DNA of 63,718 bases, filler included, from Olpidium bornovanus S191 (lineage: Eukaryota > Fungi > Olpidiomycota): the NCBI GenBank assembly GCA_017911155.1. It is 29 parts of 29 records of this genome, joined end to end, with 100 filler letters (N's around TTAATTAATTAA, not from the genome) between each part and the next. Parts side by side here need not be neighbours in the genome. Positions count along the whole stretch, not along the records: positions 1 to 3,944 come from JAEFCI010001130.1; positions 4,045 to 5,778 come from JAEFCI010011481.1; positions 5,879 to 7,177 come from JAEFCI010001918.1; positions 7,278 to 10,486 come from JAEFCI010005710.1; positions 10,587 to 12,012 come from JAEFCI010011143.1; positions 12,113 to 13,482 come from JAEFCI010002358.1; 23 more parts are not named here. One strand, 5' to 3'. Numbering within the stretch: the stretch's first letter is position 1; each line of letters opens with the position of its first letter. Under the pieces are notes generated by a model. The model was given only the letters and a program-made list of their open reading frames with translations, ran no database searches and was not told the origin of the DNA. The translations under genes were made by a program, and so were the position numbers. Positions 1 to 12,199 of this stretch are shown here, piece after piece.

Positions 1-2314
1 CGCAGGACGACGGCGAGGGTGCCGTCCTCATTTTCCTCCCTGGTCAGCTCGCGCCGTTTGATGCATCGTTTTTGAGACGTATTTTTTGATTGGCCGCCTT
101 TTGTCTTTTGCAGGCGTCATGGAGATAAAACGCTGCGTGGATCAGATCCGGTCGCTGGGCAAACGCTTCGAAGTGTGGCCGTTGCATAGCGGGTTGACCA
201 GCCAGGAGCAGTCCAAGGTGTTTCGCGCGCCGGTTCAGGGGCACCGGAAGGTGGTGGTCTCGACCAACGTTGCGGAGACCTCCATCACCATGTATGTCGT
301 TGCATCGCTCTTCCGAGTCACTTGTCCGTATCATTTGCCCAGCAGGTCGAGTGAATGTAATGTTATGGAATACGTTTTGCAGCGACGGTATTGTTCACGT
401 CATCGACTCCGGTCGCGTCAAGCAACTCCAGTACGAGGTTACTAACCACATGCTCCGCCTCGAAGAGACTTGGGCGTCGCGTAAGTTTTATCTTTTCGTC
501 GCCTGGTTTTGTTTTACTCTCACCTCGACTTCTCGCTGCATGAGGTAACATCGCTGCATCGCGTCCTACCACTCGACGTGGCTTAATCGGCCTTAAGGCG
601 CCTCCTGCAAGCAGCGCCAAGGTCGCGCGGGACGCACGCGACCAGGCGTCTGCTACAAGTTGTACACCCGCCGCATGGAGGAGCGCGTTTTGCCCGCGAA
701 GACGCCCCCGGAAATCCTGCGGACCCCGCTCGAGCAGCTGTGCCTACAAGTCAAGGCAATGGGTCACAACGACGTCAAGGCTTTCCTGTCCCAGGCCATT
801 GATCCGCCGTCGACGGAAGCCATGGACACCGCGATCGGGATCCTGCGCGCTTTTGGAGCCATGGATCCGGAGACCGGGAAGCTGACGGCGATGGGACGAC
901 ATATGGTGCGATCGCGCTCTCGCTCAGTTTTCGATTGTGAAGTTGAGCTTCTCTTGCCCGTAGGAGATTAACGCGCGTGCTTTTCCGCGGCCCGCTAGGC
1001 AGCTATTCCGGCGGACATTCGGATCTCGAAGATGCTTATCTACGGCTCTGTCTTCCACTGTCTGCGACCGATGCTCACCATCGCCGCGTGCTTGTCGTCC
1101 AGGTCTCCATTCATGTCTCCGATGGAGAAACGGGAGGAGGCCAAGGCGTGCGTATTCTGCGGGTTGTCGGATTGGCACTGCGAGATTTCGGCTTCTGTTG
1201 ACGAGGTGGAGTGTTCGTAGGGCACGAGACAAGTTTGCGACTGGAAAGAGCGACCTTTTGACTGCTGCGGCTGCTTACGATGCTTGGGATCGGATACGGA
1301 AAACTGTCTCTCGGAGCGAACTTAGGCAATTCTGCGAATCGGTAGGGCAGCTGGTGCAACTTATGTGTGGCCCGTCTCTGCTTATGAGGCGGATGGGTTA
1401 TCGGTAATGATGGCAGAGGCTGCTGGGGTTCTCCCAGAATTTCCTCTCCACGCAAACCCTCTTCGAGATCTACGACCTTCGCAGGCAGTACTTGGACCTT
1501 CTTCGAGATTTGGGGTTTGCCCCCTGGAAGAGCCAAGGCCAGGCGAAAGACGATGAAGACCGTTTGAACGCCAACGCGGCCAATCTGAAGCTGGTCAAAG
1601 CTGCGATATGCGCAGGGCTCTACCCCAACGTTGCGCGCATTCAGCATCCGAAGACTACCTACGAGCAGAGCCTTCACGGCTCGATCGCCGTCGACCCCGA
1701 AGCGCGGCAGATCAAGTTTTTCACCAAGGAAGACGGTGAGGGGCCGCCTTTCTGCCGGCATCACTGAGGTGTACTCGAGTAGGGCAAACGCGTGACAAAC
1801 TTGCTCACTAGGTGGGAACTGTATTACTGTGGCATTTCAGGCAGGATCTTCCTTCACCCGTCGACCGTGGGGTTTTCGATCAACAAGTACGAGGAGTCGT
1901 TCCTTGTGTACTTCTCGAAGATCGCGACTTCCAAGGTCTTCCTTCGGGACGCCACGCCGGTCGGCGCCTACCCTCTCCTTCTTTTCGGAGGAAGGCTGAC
2001 CGTCGATCACCACGCCCGTGGTATTTGGATTGACGGCAAGGTCGCTCTGCGAGCGTGGGCGCGGATTGCCGGTGCGTCTTGGGCCCCACTGAGGGCGGTT
2101 TTCGGATTTAGTCCTCTCCCGCCCGCAAGGGGGATGACTCTTGTACTTACTCCTCGGTTGTCCGAACTTTGCAGTTCTCGTGAATCAACTCCGCAAAGCG
2201 CTAGACAGACTTTTAGACGCCAAGGTCGAAGACCCCACGTACGACGTGTCGTCGAGCCCGGTCATCGAAACAATGGTTCGCCTCATCGCGACGGACGGAG
2301 GGGTCAACGGATAA
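1..2314 (+). CDS. DEAH-box RNA helicase, DHX57/DHX36/DHX29 subfamily (5'-truncated, about 9 exons)
   Basis: Spliced translation gives GAVLIFLPG, PLHSGL, RKVVVSTNVAETSIT, VIDSGRVK, QRQGRAGRTRPGVCYKLY, the HA2 segment PPEILRTPLEQLCLQVK and the OB-fold segment IFLHPS...YPLLLFGG. GT..AG introns separate the motifs; stop TAA at 2312-2314. Confidence 0.93.
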
Positions 2315-3257
2315 AGTCTCGAAGATCCTGACCTGTCGAAATGATGGGACTCTATACCACATTTTTCACGGTTGATATATTTGGCGCGGGAGGTCATTTA
2401 ACTTCTTGGCGACGGAGGACTCGGCTGCTGAGCCCCGCGCGTTTCCGCGATTCAGTTGAGGGCTCTCTGCGTTGCGTTGGTCTGACGGTACCCTACTCGC
2501 CTTTTAAGATATTTCCTCCTGGAGGAGGACCCGCTCCAACCTCTTCCCGCTTCGGTTTCCGGGAATTCCCTCGCCTACGCGCTTTTTTCGATTTTCACTG
2601 GCTTGCTCACCGCGGCTCGAAGCGGAAAGAAGGAAGTGACCGAAGAGACGCACGAAATTGTCGTATGAGGTGGATTACATCGCCAGACAAACGGATGATC
2701 ATACACTCAATTCTGGTCGCGCCCACGCCAAAACTCCAAAAAAGATTTTCGGGACAGGTTCCCGCTGCACAGTAATTTCCCGCGTACTGTATCTTGAAGA
2801 GCGGCGTCAGATAGGTTGTTGTCGTCAGTACCCCGTTTTCGCCGACAGGCAGCAGCGGCCGGCACCCCGCTGGATCGCCCGTCCTGTCCGGATTGCCGAG
2901 GTCTGACCGTTGACGGTGGGGCCAGTAAGGCAGCTGGAGGACTAGCGCAGGCGCCCCGAAATGAAAACGAGGCGACCAGGAATGACGGCCCGGGTACGCC
3001 GTCAGCCGGGCGGCTGAGCAAACTGAGGACGGCCGCTACTTTCCCGAAGAGTACAAAACCTACAGAGTGCGACGCTGGTGCCGCGCCATCCAAGCCGCTC
3101 CGTGTGGCACCTGTTGGCCGCTGCCTCAAGGACTGGCGCACACGCCAACCCGAACGCGGGATCCGCCCATTTTCTCGAGAACGACCCGCTCTTGCGTCCT
3201 ACACGTTTGGTGACTCACGATGTGCCCCGGCCTGCGACGGGCCGGGGTTGCCGCGAT

Positions 3258-3318
3258 ATGTATATAGATATATATATACATATATGTGTATATATATGTA
3301 TATATATATATATATAAA
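3258..3318. repeat. Interrupted (TA)n microsatellite
   Basis: Run of tatata with occasional g/c interruptions. Confidence 0.85.
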
Positions 3319-3944
3319 TACACAGCCAAACCCCCCAGATATCTCGCCAATATATTTGGTAGTCACCAACGCGACATCACCGGAAGATATCGCACGACAG
3401 CCAATGCAAACTCCTGCCCGCATGACGTCGATAAAACGATGTTGCGTGATGTCAAGGGCACAAAGTCACGCGACGAGGAGGATACGATGTCGCGCAACAT
3501 CGAGGATACAATGTCGCGTGAGGCCATCCCTGGCATTTGTACCGACATGGTCGTGCACACATCGGGTTGGCCTCGCCTCCAGGTTGTGTTTTTGCTCTGC
3601 TGCCATAGCTTGGCCGATGTTGCGGGAATTGCGTCGTGAGAAATTGCACGCAGCACCGGGTACTTTTTGTGTCAAGCATGTTGAAAACACCGTGTGTGTG
3701 ACATCTTATTCATGTATTTACAGTCTCTGTTTACATATTTTTTTTATCCCCCGATGTCATGAACATTGGCAGCGCAATATCACCCTCCCACCATGCCACG
3801 TCACCCCTTGGTCTCAATTCCAACATGTATTTTCTTTCTAATCTATACCTACTTATCAGAGTGCTTGTCGCTCATCCCATCAGCAACGACGTAGCACACC
3901 ATTCTATCTGACCATTCGTTAACAAATGCGGCTGCATCCCAACA

Positions 3945-4044
3945 NNNNNNNNNNNNNNNNNNNNNNNNNNNNNNNNNNNNNNNNNNNNTTAATTAATTAA
4001 NNNNNNNNNNNNNNNNNNNNNNNNNNNNNNNNNNNNNNNNNNNN
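3945..4044. other. Artificial contig-joining spacer (N44-TTAATTAATTAA-N44), first of 28
   Basis: Identical 100-bp spacer with stops in all six frames. Starts at 3945, 5779, 7178, 10487, 12013, 13483, 14774, 15893, 18890, 21447, 25358, 26834, 28809, 30645, 33001, 34434, 35965, 37813, 39569, 43570, 45037, 47890, 51269, 55545, 56707, 58171, 61110 and 62433. Confidence 0.99.
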
Positions 4045-5499
4045 GCAGAGTTACACGGCGGGCGCGAGCTTTTCGTCCCCTTACTTTGTCATAGATCGCC
4101 GAGCGGGCGAAATCGACCAGGTTCTTCTTTTCCTTCGCCTGCGATTCACGCTCCTTCTGCAGCGCGGCGTACTCCTCGATCCTGCGGTTTTCCTCCCGCG
4201 TCTTCTCCTGCTCCCTCTCGTTCCATTCCCTGCGCTGCCGCATGAAATCCTCAATGAACTGCCTCGCCTCGCGCTGCTTTTCGAGGCGGCAGGTGGGCTC
4301 GCGCTCGTCCTCCTCGCGGATGCGCCGGACGATCTCGTCCACCATGGCCTTCTCGCGGAAGAACCGCTCGTACTCGATCTGCTTCCGCCTCTCGCGCTCG
4401 TCCAGCTGCTCGTGCAGGTCCGCCTTGTACCGCAGCTGGTGCTCGCCGCGCTCCTGATTCCGCTGCCTTTCGAGACGCTCGGCCTCCGCGATTTGCTTGC
4501 TCAACTGACTCGTCAGCTCCAGCTCGTCAGCCTGCGCTCAGGTGATTGAGGGGGTGGGGAAGAAGGGGTCGAAATCGGCTTTTGGAGTCAGATCAACGGA
4601 AAAAGGCAGAGATAACAAGCCCGAAAATCATTCGTCGTCGTGCCGAGGCCGTGCAAACAGTAAACCAAAAAGAGGAAAAACGACGTCTCCGGAAATTCGG
4701 CGGCCGTCGGGGGGTTTTTTTGCCTACCCTTTGTCGCTCACGCTCGGCCAGTTTCTTATTTATTTGCATCGCCCTCTCTTTGCTGGCGTATGCGTCGTTC
4801 AATTTCTTTTCGAGCTCGTGCAGCTCGTGACTGCCCTCGCAGATCGCTTGATGGAGCCGCTCTTCGCGTTCGCGGGCCGATCGAAACTCCTTTTCTTTCT
4901 TGACCATCTCGGCGTCGAGCTGCAGCTTGTGCATGTGTTGCTGGCGCTCTCGCTCACGCTTAACAAGCGCCCCCCGCGCGTGTGCGCGCAATTCCGGATC
5001 CGCCGTTTCCCCCGAGAATCGTTAAAGCCGCGAAAACGCGGGGGAAACCTGCCCGTTTCTCAAAGAAACAAAAAAAAACCTCTCTCGGGGACTGCCGGAC
5101 CAATTTTTTTTATCCTTTTTTTTCTCTTTCCTTTTGGCCGGATCTTCGAGCGTCCGCCCCTCACCTCCATGTCAGCACGGAATTTCCGCTGCTCGTCGAG
5201 TTCTGCCTGGATTTCCCTCGCCCTCCGCATGTTTTCCACGCGGGCGTCGCTCGCCATGTTGTTTCTGAAGTTGCGGTCCGCCGCCACCGTGTTCGACAAG
5301 CGCTGCTTCTCGAACTCCTGCCTGCGCGCGATCCTCTCCCGGTGGTCCAGCTGCGCGCGTCGCACCGTCGCCTGCCCGGCAGTCGAAAACGGGCCCGTTT
5401 TTTTTTTTTTTTTTTTTTTTTTTTTGGAATCATCGTGCGTGTGAGCGTCGTCCTCGGCGAGCGCAGGGCTCGGTACGCAACTCCAACGTTCGCGGACAT
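4045..5499 (-). CDS. MNS1: Meiosis-specific nuclear structural protein 1 (axonemal coiled-coil microtubule inner protein), 3'-truncated, spliced
   Basis: Exons encode SHELHELEKKLNDAYASKERAMQI and EQLDERERRKQIEYERFFREKAMVDEIVRRIREED, matching MNS1/TPH-domain sequence. The start codon is uncertain. Confidence 0.82.
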
Positions 5500-5878
5500 T
5501 TACCATGTCTGCCGATTTTTGCGTCAGCAGCCGGCGAACTACTTTTGGTTTTTGCGGTATCGCTTTCCTGCTGCGTGCGGGTCGATCGGGAAAGGCGCCC
5601 GGGATTCTCTGCAAACTCTTTTTCCTGGCCTTTGCCCTGGTCCAGCGAGAGAAGGCGGCATGCGACGGTTCGTTCTCTCTGGCAGCTGGCGGCAGATGGT
5701 GCGCGAGCGAGCTAGACGGGTCGACGGGCTAGTCGGAGATCCGGTTTCCAAGGCTACCGGGCTGTGGTAAATCCCAACNNNNNNNNNNNNNNNNNNNNNN
5801 NNNNNNNNNNNNNNNNNNNNNNTTAATTAATTAANNNNNNNNNNNNNNNNNNNNNNNNNNNNNNNNNNNNNNNNNNNN

Positions 5879-6885
5879 CGAGAAGCAGTACGCGGACGCG
5901 ACGTTCCTGCTGGACGGGATCCGGGCGGGGGTGGAGAACCTCGTGGAGAAGATCAACGCGGCGGCGCAGGAGCAGGCGGACATAATTCGACAGGGCATGG
6001 ACCTCCCGCCGGCGGCGGAGGAACCGTTCATAAGCCTCGGGACGCAGTTCGACGCGGAGCAGGAGGCGACCGGCGCGGCGGCGGGGCCGGCGGGGGCGGC
6101 GGGGGCCGGGGGCCCCGGCGGCGGGCCGGCTGTGGCGGCGGGGACGATCACGAACGTCAACCTGCTGCACTGCCTGTCGGTGATCGAGCGGAAGACCAAC
6201 GAACTCCTGATCGCCAACTTCGCCACGGCGCTGCCCAAGCGGATCGGCGCCGGCGGCGCCGAGGAGAAGGACCAGGCGGGCGGGGGCGGAGGCGGGGGCG
6301 GGGGCGGCGGGGTCGGCGGCGTGGCCGGCGCCGGCGCGCCGGCGCTGCCGTCGGCCGGGTCCGTCGTCGGCCTCGGCCTCGGCGGCGCGCAGCAGCAGGC
6401 CAGCATCGGCGGCCTCCTCGGCCAGGGCCCGCTGCCCCCCGTGGGCGCCATATCCATCGTCCCGCCCAGCACGGGCGACGAGCACGACACCGACGAGGGC
6501 TTCACCGAGGAGGACGAGCGCCCGCTGAGCAGGGAGGAGCTGACCCAGAAGACCCTGCGCGGGGTGCGTCCGGCGAACCGCGGGCGCCCCTGCCGCGCCC
6601 GTGGACGTTCTGGTCCCCAGACTTCCGTCCCTCCCTGGGCCGCCTCGCGTTTCCTTTTTTTGTTTTTGTTTTTGTTTTTGTTTTTGTTTTGCGAGATTTC
6701 CGCACAGAAAAAAAATTTTTTCCCTGCGCCGCCCTCTCCCGCCCCCTCTTCCCCCCCCTCTCTGTTCGTTTCGCCCCCGTTTCCCCCCCCCCCTTAACCC
6801 CCCAACCCCGCAGCTGTCGCGGAGGACCGGGCAAATGTCGTCGCCCGCAAAGACGGCGAAGGCGAAGCGCCGCGACCGGTTCTGA
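5879..6885 (+). CDS. ODAD1: Outer dynein arm docking complex subunit DC2 (ODAD1/CCDC114/CCDC63 family), C-terminal part
   Basis: FLLDGIRAGVENLVEKI, ITNVNLLHCLSVIERKTNELL and DEDERPLSREEL-type motifs match the DC2 C-terminus. Intron 6564-6813; last exon ends at TGA 6885. Confidence 0.72.
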
Positions 6886-8808
6886 CGAGAGACTTTGTTT
6901 ACATTTTTTTTTTCAGTTTTTTTTATATGAAGTTCGGCGGAAGAAGCACCCGCGCACACATTCTTTCGCACATCCGCACGCTCGCCCGCCCCCCACTCGC
7001 TCAACTCGCCTTCGCACACACAAAAACCGCTTTTTCCCCCGCCACCCCCCCTCCACCATGCCGGCAAGGGGCCCCCCCTCCCCGCCTCTCGTCGAACTCG
7101 TTTTAATATCGCCGTTCCGGCTCCTGCGGTTGATGATCACTCCGCCGCCCCTCCTCCCCACAGCCCACCCCCCAAACNNNNNNNNNNNNNNNNNNNNNNN
7201 NNNNNNNNNNNNNNNNNNNNNTTAATTAATTAANNNNNNNNNNNNNNNNNNNNNNNNNNNNNNNNNNNNNNNNNNNNCATGAAGTTCGGCTGTGGGCGTC
7301 TCACCCCTGGCGTACAAGGTGCACGGGGTGACAGAGAGTACCAGCTCTCTGAACGTCGTGCGAGTGGGTGGTGGAATTCTGGATTCCAGCGTCACACACC
7401 GGACAGCAGGTAGGTTGATGCAAAAAAGGAATGAGACTTTATAAACAGCAACAAAGGCACTTCCGGTTGACTTCCAATCTAAGGTCCACGTCATTCTGAC
7501 CCAAAATCGAGCATGTCAGTCTTAATTCCTTTCCAGTGCCGTTTTTAGTTTCGTCGGACTGCTGACCGTTTTGACCATTCTTTTGACCAGATTTCAGTTT
7601 CAAAGTTTCGTTGACTAAATCATTTGTATATATAATCATGCTTTGGATCCAAAACATAAATGCCTTGAAGGCATTTTTCCCTCTGATTTGACTTTTCTTT
7701 AAGAAATGTGCAATAACCATCCTGTCTTTGAGACAATAATAAATCACAATTTGTCGTGGCTCTCCGGGAGTTCGAACTTGCTTTGGTCTATCGATGTCAC
7801 TTTTAGTTCGTTCCATTACACCGATCCTTTCGGTGTCTAACAGGCTCTTTTGAAGAGTGCCCTGCTGAACTTCGCATTGACGCATGACATGCACAAAGCT
7901 TTGTTTATTCTAAGTTCATATTTTGCTTGAGTCCGTGCACAATTTGATCCTTAGCCACGTGATGCAATGTTGTCCACGCCAGGTGCCCTAGTCGCTGATG
8001 CTATAGGGCCATTGTTCCTTTCAAGTCGTGGATGGTGGCCCCAAGCGTGAATTCATTCATGTTTCATAGTATATGGAGTCCCTGGGTTTTTGGCCATGGC
8101 CACTGTCTTCCTGTCCCTAGGCACTGGTCCCTGATCTCGTCCGAGAATTATTGAGTACCCGTCCACAATGTTCACCCCAGGCTAGTTCCCACGTGTTCGT
8201 AGAATAAAAAACCGTGACGTCCGCATCCCGACCTCTGCTGTCATGGTGGCAACAAAAAAGGGACGGGAAAGGGGACAGGCAGAGGAAAGCGAGGGAGGGG
8301 GGAAGGGGCGTTTCTTTCCTTTGCAGAAAGTGCCACGACCGCGGAACGAAGGCAGGAGGTGGGGAACGGCGTGTGTCGCGCGACCGCCCATGTGCCGCGG
8401 TGCCGAGGCCGTTCCCTGCTCCGACCCGGGTAGGCCGGCCTTGGGCCAATACGTGTTCCCAATCTTCCCGCCCGGCGCACGGCGAGTGGGCGTTGAGAGT
8501 TTCGCCAAGAAGCAGCGCCCTCGTTCGCACTCCCGGTTCGCCCCCTCTCCTCTTTGGGCCCCTCCCCTGCTGCCACTTGCACGCCCTCCCCCAGACGAAC
8601 TCCGACACGGATGCCCGCTCCTGCGAACACCGGCGATTCCACGACACGGACGCGACGGACGGGGGGCGCAAGGGGAAACTCGTGAGCTGGTAAGTTCCCT
8701 CCCCTCGCCGGCCGCATTCGTTTCCTCCGCTCTGGTTCCCGGTTCCCCCGTCCGCCCGCCCATCCCTTACCGCTCCGACGACGCTGACAGTAACGCGGAA
8801 GCGCCGGG

Positions 8809-10332
8809 ATGAAGGAAGTAGGCGACACGGAATGTCAGTCGACGGGGGATGAGGGGTCAATTGAGGAGGCAGAAGAGCAGAAGGAGGGCGGCGGGTCTTT
8901 AGAAGAGGGAGAGAACGCCGGAAAAGAAGTGAAAAACGGAGAAGAAAGCGAGGAAGAAGGAGAGAACGACGGCGACGACAGCGCGTCGCGAGAAGCCTCT
9001 ACGGAGGTCTTCAGTGACGAACATGCTGAGGCCCTGGAAGGAGAAGGAGGCAAGGAAAAAGGAGAGGGTGACGACAACGGCGGCGCGTCGCGAGAAGACT
9101 TTACGGGGGCCTTCAGTGACGGAAAATTTGAAGCCCAGGAAGCTTCCTCTTTGGCAGGAGAAGCGGACAATGACGACGAGAGGCCGGAGACGGTCTCGAC
9201 GACGTTCCCCAGGGAAGCGGCAGTTTTTTTGCGCGAGAGGGAGCGGGAGCAGAATCTGAAGTACGTCTCTGGCCCTGAAGCGCCATCTAGCTCCCGCCCG
9301 TTTCAGCTGTGCCCCGTATTGCCGCAGGTTCCCGGTTCAGCAAGGAGCCCTCTAACCTCGTCTCCTGCCTTATGCAGAGACGCAGCAGAGCAAAACCAAC
9401 GCAGGCGAGAATTCGACGCAAAGATGAAGCAGCAGCACGACGAGAAGGTTGCGTGTCTCTCTGATGGGCATCCTGCCTTGTCGACCGTCCCAACTGCTGC
9501 CGGCATGTGCGGTGGCCGGCCTAATTCCGAGGGCGGAAGTGTGGCCGTTGGTGCAGATAGCAGTCTTCTCGCCCTCCTGTTGGAGTTCACGTCCCTTCAA
9601 GCAAAGCGCGTTGAGCACTACAGGCACCTCGAGGAGTACGTCAACGTTAAGAAGGCGATAAGTTTCTCTGCAACGTGCCTCGCCTTTTTGAATAGACTGA
9701 TTTAACGGCTGACGGCAATTCGAGTTGCCTCCGACCGCTCATTTGCTCTGGCATGCCTTTTTCAGAGGGTTCTCAGCCCACCTGCTCGGAGCTTCGGGCC
9801 TCGCGGATTACAACGTGGCAGTAGCCCAAACCACCCGAAATTTTGTGAACGTCAGCAACAACATCAGGCGCATCGAGTCTGATCTGCGAAATCGTCAACC
9901 CGAAGGCTGGGTTTTTGCTGGACTAATCCGGGATTTGCAAGAGCTGGAGAAGCAGAAGCTGCAGGTGGGTGGAGTGCAGTTGCCTGTGCCATCGCTTTAT
10001 TCCTTATCCGCAAGCCCGACGGAACACTCGATGATAAGTGGCCTAGCAGTTAATATCAGCTTCATTGTCCTGGTGCTCGCGTAGGCAACTGCTCAGTTCC
10101 AGGTTTACGCTAAGGAGTCCGTGCACGGGAAATTGGACTACGAGGAGAAAGTTGCTGAATCACGGCTACGGTTAGTCGGGTTCATCAGCTCTTGCGTTTC
10201 CTAGGTATAGCCTTGTGACGCAAAAGCCTTAATAATCATTCCTGCTCGCGTGTAACATTCAGCATCATAGAGATCGTCGACGATATCAACGAAAAGCTGT
10301 CAGAGATTCACTGTGAAATGGCGTCATTCTGA
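8809..10332 (+). CDS. REX1BD: REX1-B domain protein (REX1BD/C19orf60-like) with long acidic N-terminal extension, 4 exons
   Basis: Spliced product LLLEFTSLQAKRVEHYRHLEEGFSAHL...TRNFVNVSNNIRRIE...LIRDLQELEKQKLQATAQFQV...IVDDINEKLSEIHCEM follows the REX1-B pattern. The true start is uncertain. Confidence 0.7.
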
Positions 10333-10586
10333 GCCGCTGACATTAGGCGGAATTTTTGCTCGTTGCTCACGGACTCACCGAAGCCTGGAGGCGGCACTTC
10401 AAGACGCGCTCCTCGCACGTGCCACGACGGACACGTCGCTGAAATCTGCTTTGTGGCGTCCGTATGAAAGGTTGGTTCCTGCCATGNNNNNNNNNNNNNN
10501 NNNNNNNNNNNNNNNNNNNNNNNNNNNNNNTTAATTAATTAANNNNNNNNNNNNNNNNNNNNNNNNNNNNNNNNNNNNNNNNNNNN

Positions 10587-11880
10587 CATGCCGATGGCTT
10601 CCGTCGTCGAGTCGCTGCTCTCGCCGATCATCGTGGTAACGGCGAGCGAAATGGCGGTGGACTGGCTGAAGCACGCGTTCATCACCAAGTTCAACGGCAT
10701 TAGACCCACCGCGTACGGGCGCTTTGTGGACGTGCTTTGCAGCGACCTCGTGAGAGCCGGCACCAAAGCCAAGGCCAAGGCGCCGAAAGAGCACGGCAGG
10801 AAAGAGGAAGCCGACGGGAAGGCCGAAGAGCCGACGCAGGACGGGAACGTGAGAAAGCGGTCGACGTCGGTGGCACGAAGCGACCTGAGGATATCCTCGG
10901 GGGGTGATCCTTTCGTCGTGGCGTCCGCATCCGACGGCGCCGCAAGGCGGCCCGAAAGCAACCCTGCGTGGATGCAAGACGGAATTCCGGGCTTAGGGGC
11001 ACAAGGGGAGATCGACGCCGGCCAGAAACGCCCCCACGCCCCGGAGGCGGAGAGGCGGGGGGTTTTTGACGAGAAGACCTTCGACGGCGGCGGATTCAGG
11101 GCCGTCGGCGACGTCGCGAACGACACGCGGTACACGCTTGTCGATCAGTCACGTGTGGTCGCGAGGAGGATAGGATTTGCGGCCATGCCCTTGGCTTGTC
11201 TGGTAGGTCACGCATTCGGCGGCTACAACATGTTTCCCGGTGACATGTACGGTTTACGTTTTCGCGCATTTCTTTTTTTCGAAAAAATTGACGGGAAGCT
11301 GGGTCGCCTCCCGCCGACCAGGTCGTCCGGATGTTGGCCCAGACCCTCCGGATGCTCGACACGTTCGGCGAGGACGGCGGCGATAGCGGCGACGACGGCG
11401 TGCTCGGAGTCCTGTCTTGGTCTTCGTCCGCGCGAGCGCCCGCCCCCGAGAGCAACGGTACCGCGGCGGGCGCGCAGGCCGAGCCGGTGGCGCTCTCGTC
11501 CGTTCTGATGGCGGGCGCGATATACGAGCCCGTGGCTTCCATCCTGCAGAACGTCACGGCCGCGGCCTCGGAATACATCCCGCTGCAAGTCCGCGAGGTC
11601 TGGGAGGTCTACCGCGCCTTCGCGTGGAACCACGCCCTCGCCGCGATCACGCAGGTGCGGCTGGGCGTTGTGGAGCCGGCGGCGCGGCTGGTGGCCGGGA
11701 GCGAGAGCGCCCGGCTGGCCGTCGAGAAAGGCGGAGAGCACGTGCAGTCGCTCATGCGTTGGGCGTCCAGGGACGTGCTGGGCGGCTGCGGCGGCTTCTG
11801 CTCTCTCGGGAGCTGGACGCAGGCGAGGATGGCCGCCGTCGGATTTCTGGTGCTGATCGGCCTTGCGGCTTTCGTCTGGT
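10587..11880 (+). CDS. TAPT1: Emp65/TAPT1 (DUF747) ER membrane protein, internal fragment
   Basis: SEMAVDWLKHAFITKFNGIRP and DQSRVVARRIGFAAMPLACL are hallmark TAPT1/Emp65 motifs. Confidence 0.9.
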
Positions 11881-11894
11881 GAGCCTTTCCTTTT

Positions 11895-11931
<37 letters not shown>

Positions 11932-12199
11932 CTTTCTTTCCCCTTTTTTCTCCCTTTCCCTCCTCCCTTCCCGGCCCCTTTCTCTCTCTCCCGCGGACGC
12001 GCGCAAGAGAAANNNNNNNNNNNNNNNNNNNNNNNNNNNNNNNNNNNNNNNNNNNNTTAATTAATTAANNNNNNNNNNNNNNNNNNNNNNNNNNNNNNNN
12101 NNNNNNNNNNNNAAAAAAGGAAAAAAAAAAAAAACAAAAAAAACTCGCGTCTCCGTTCCAATATCCTGCTCCTGGAAAAAAGAAATTTCCACGAAGTAC

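Noticed and set aside
2816-3841. 341-aa ORF
   Set aside because: It runs through a TA microsatellite, has no recognisable motif, and is probably a GC-rich chance ORF.
3989-4000. TTAATTAATTAA as a piggyBac target site, PacI site or regulatory motif
   Set aside because: It is always centred in 44+44 Ns, so it is a synthetic linker.
4045-6885. Flagellar gene cluster (MNS1 next to DC2)
   Set aside because: The adjacency is produced by contig concatenation.
5823-7067. Long antisense ORFs opposite DC2, and similar ones opposite NIPA, TAPT1 and AP2-alpha
   Set aside because: These are shadow ORFs caused by high GC3 in the real genes.
7439-7894. 151-aa minus-strand ORF in a lower-GC segment
   Set aside because: No family could be recognised; possibly a transposon remnant, but unsupported.
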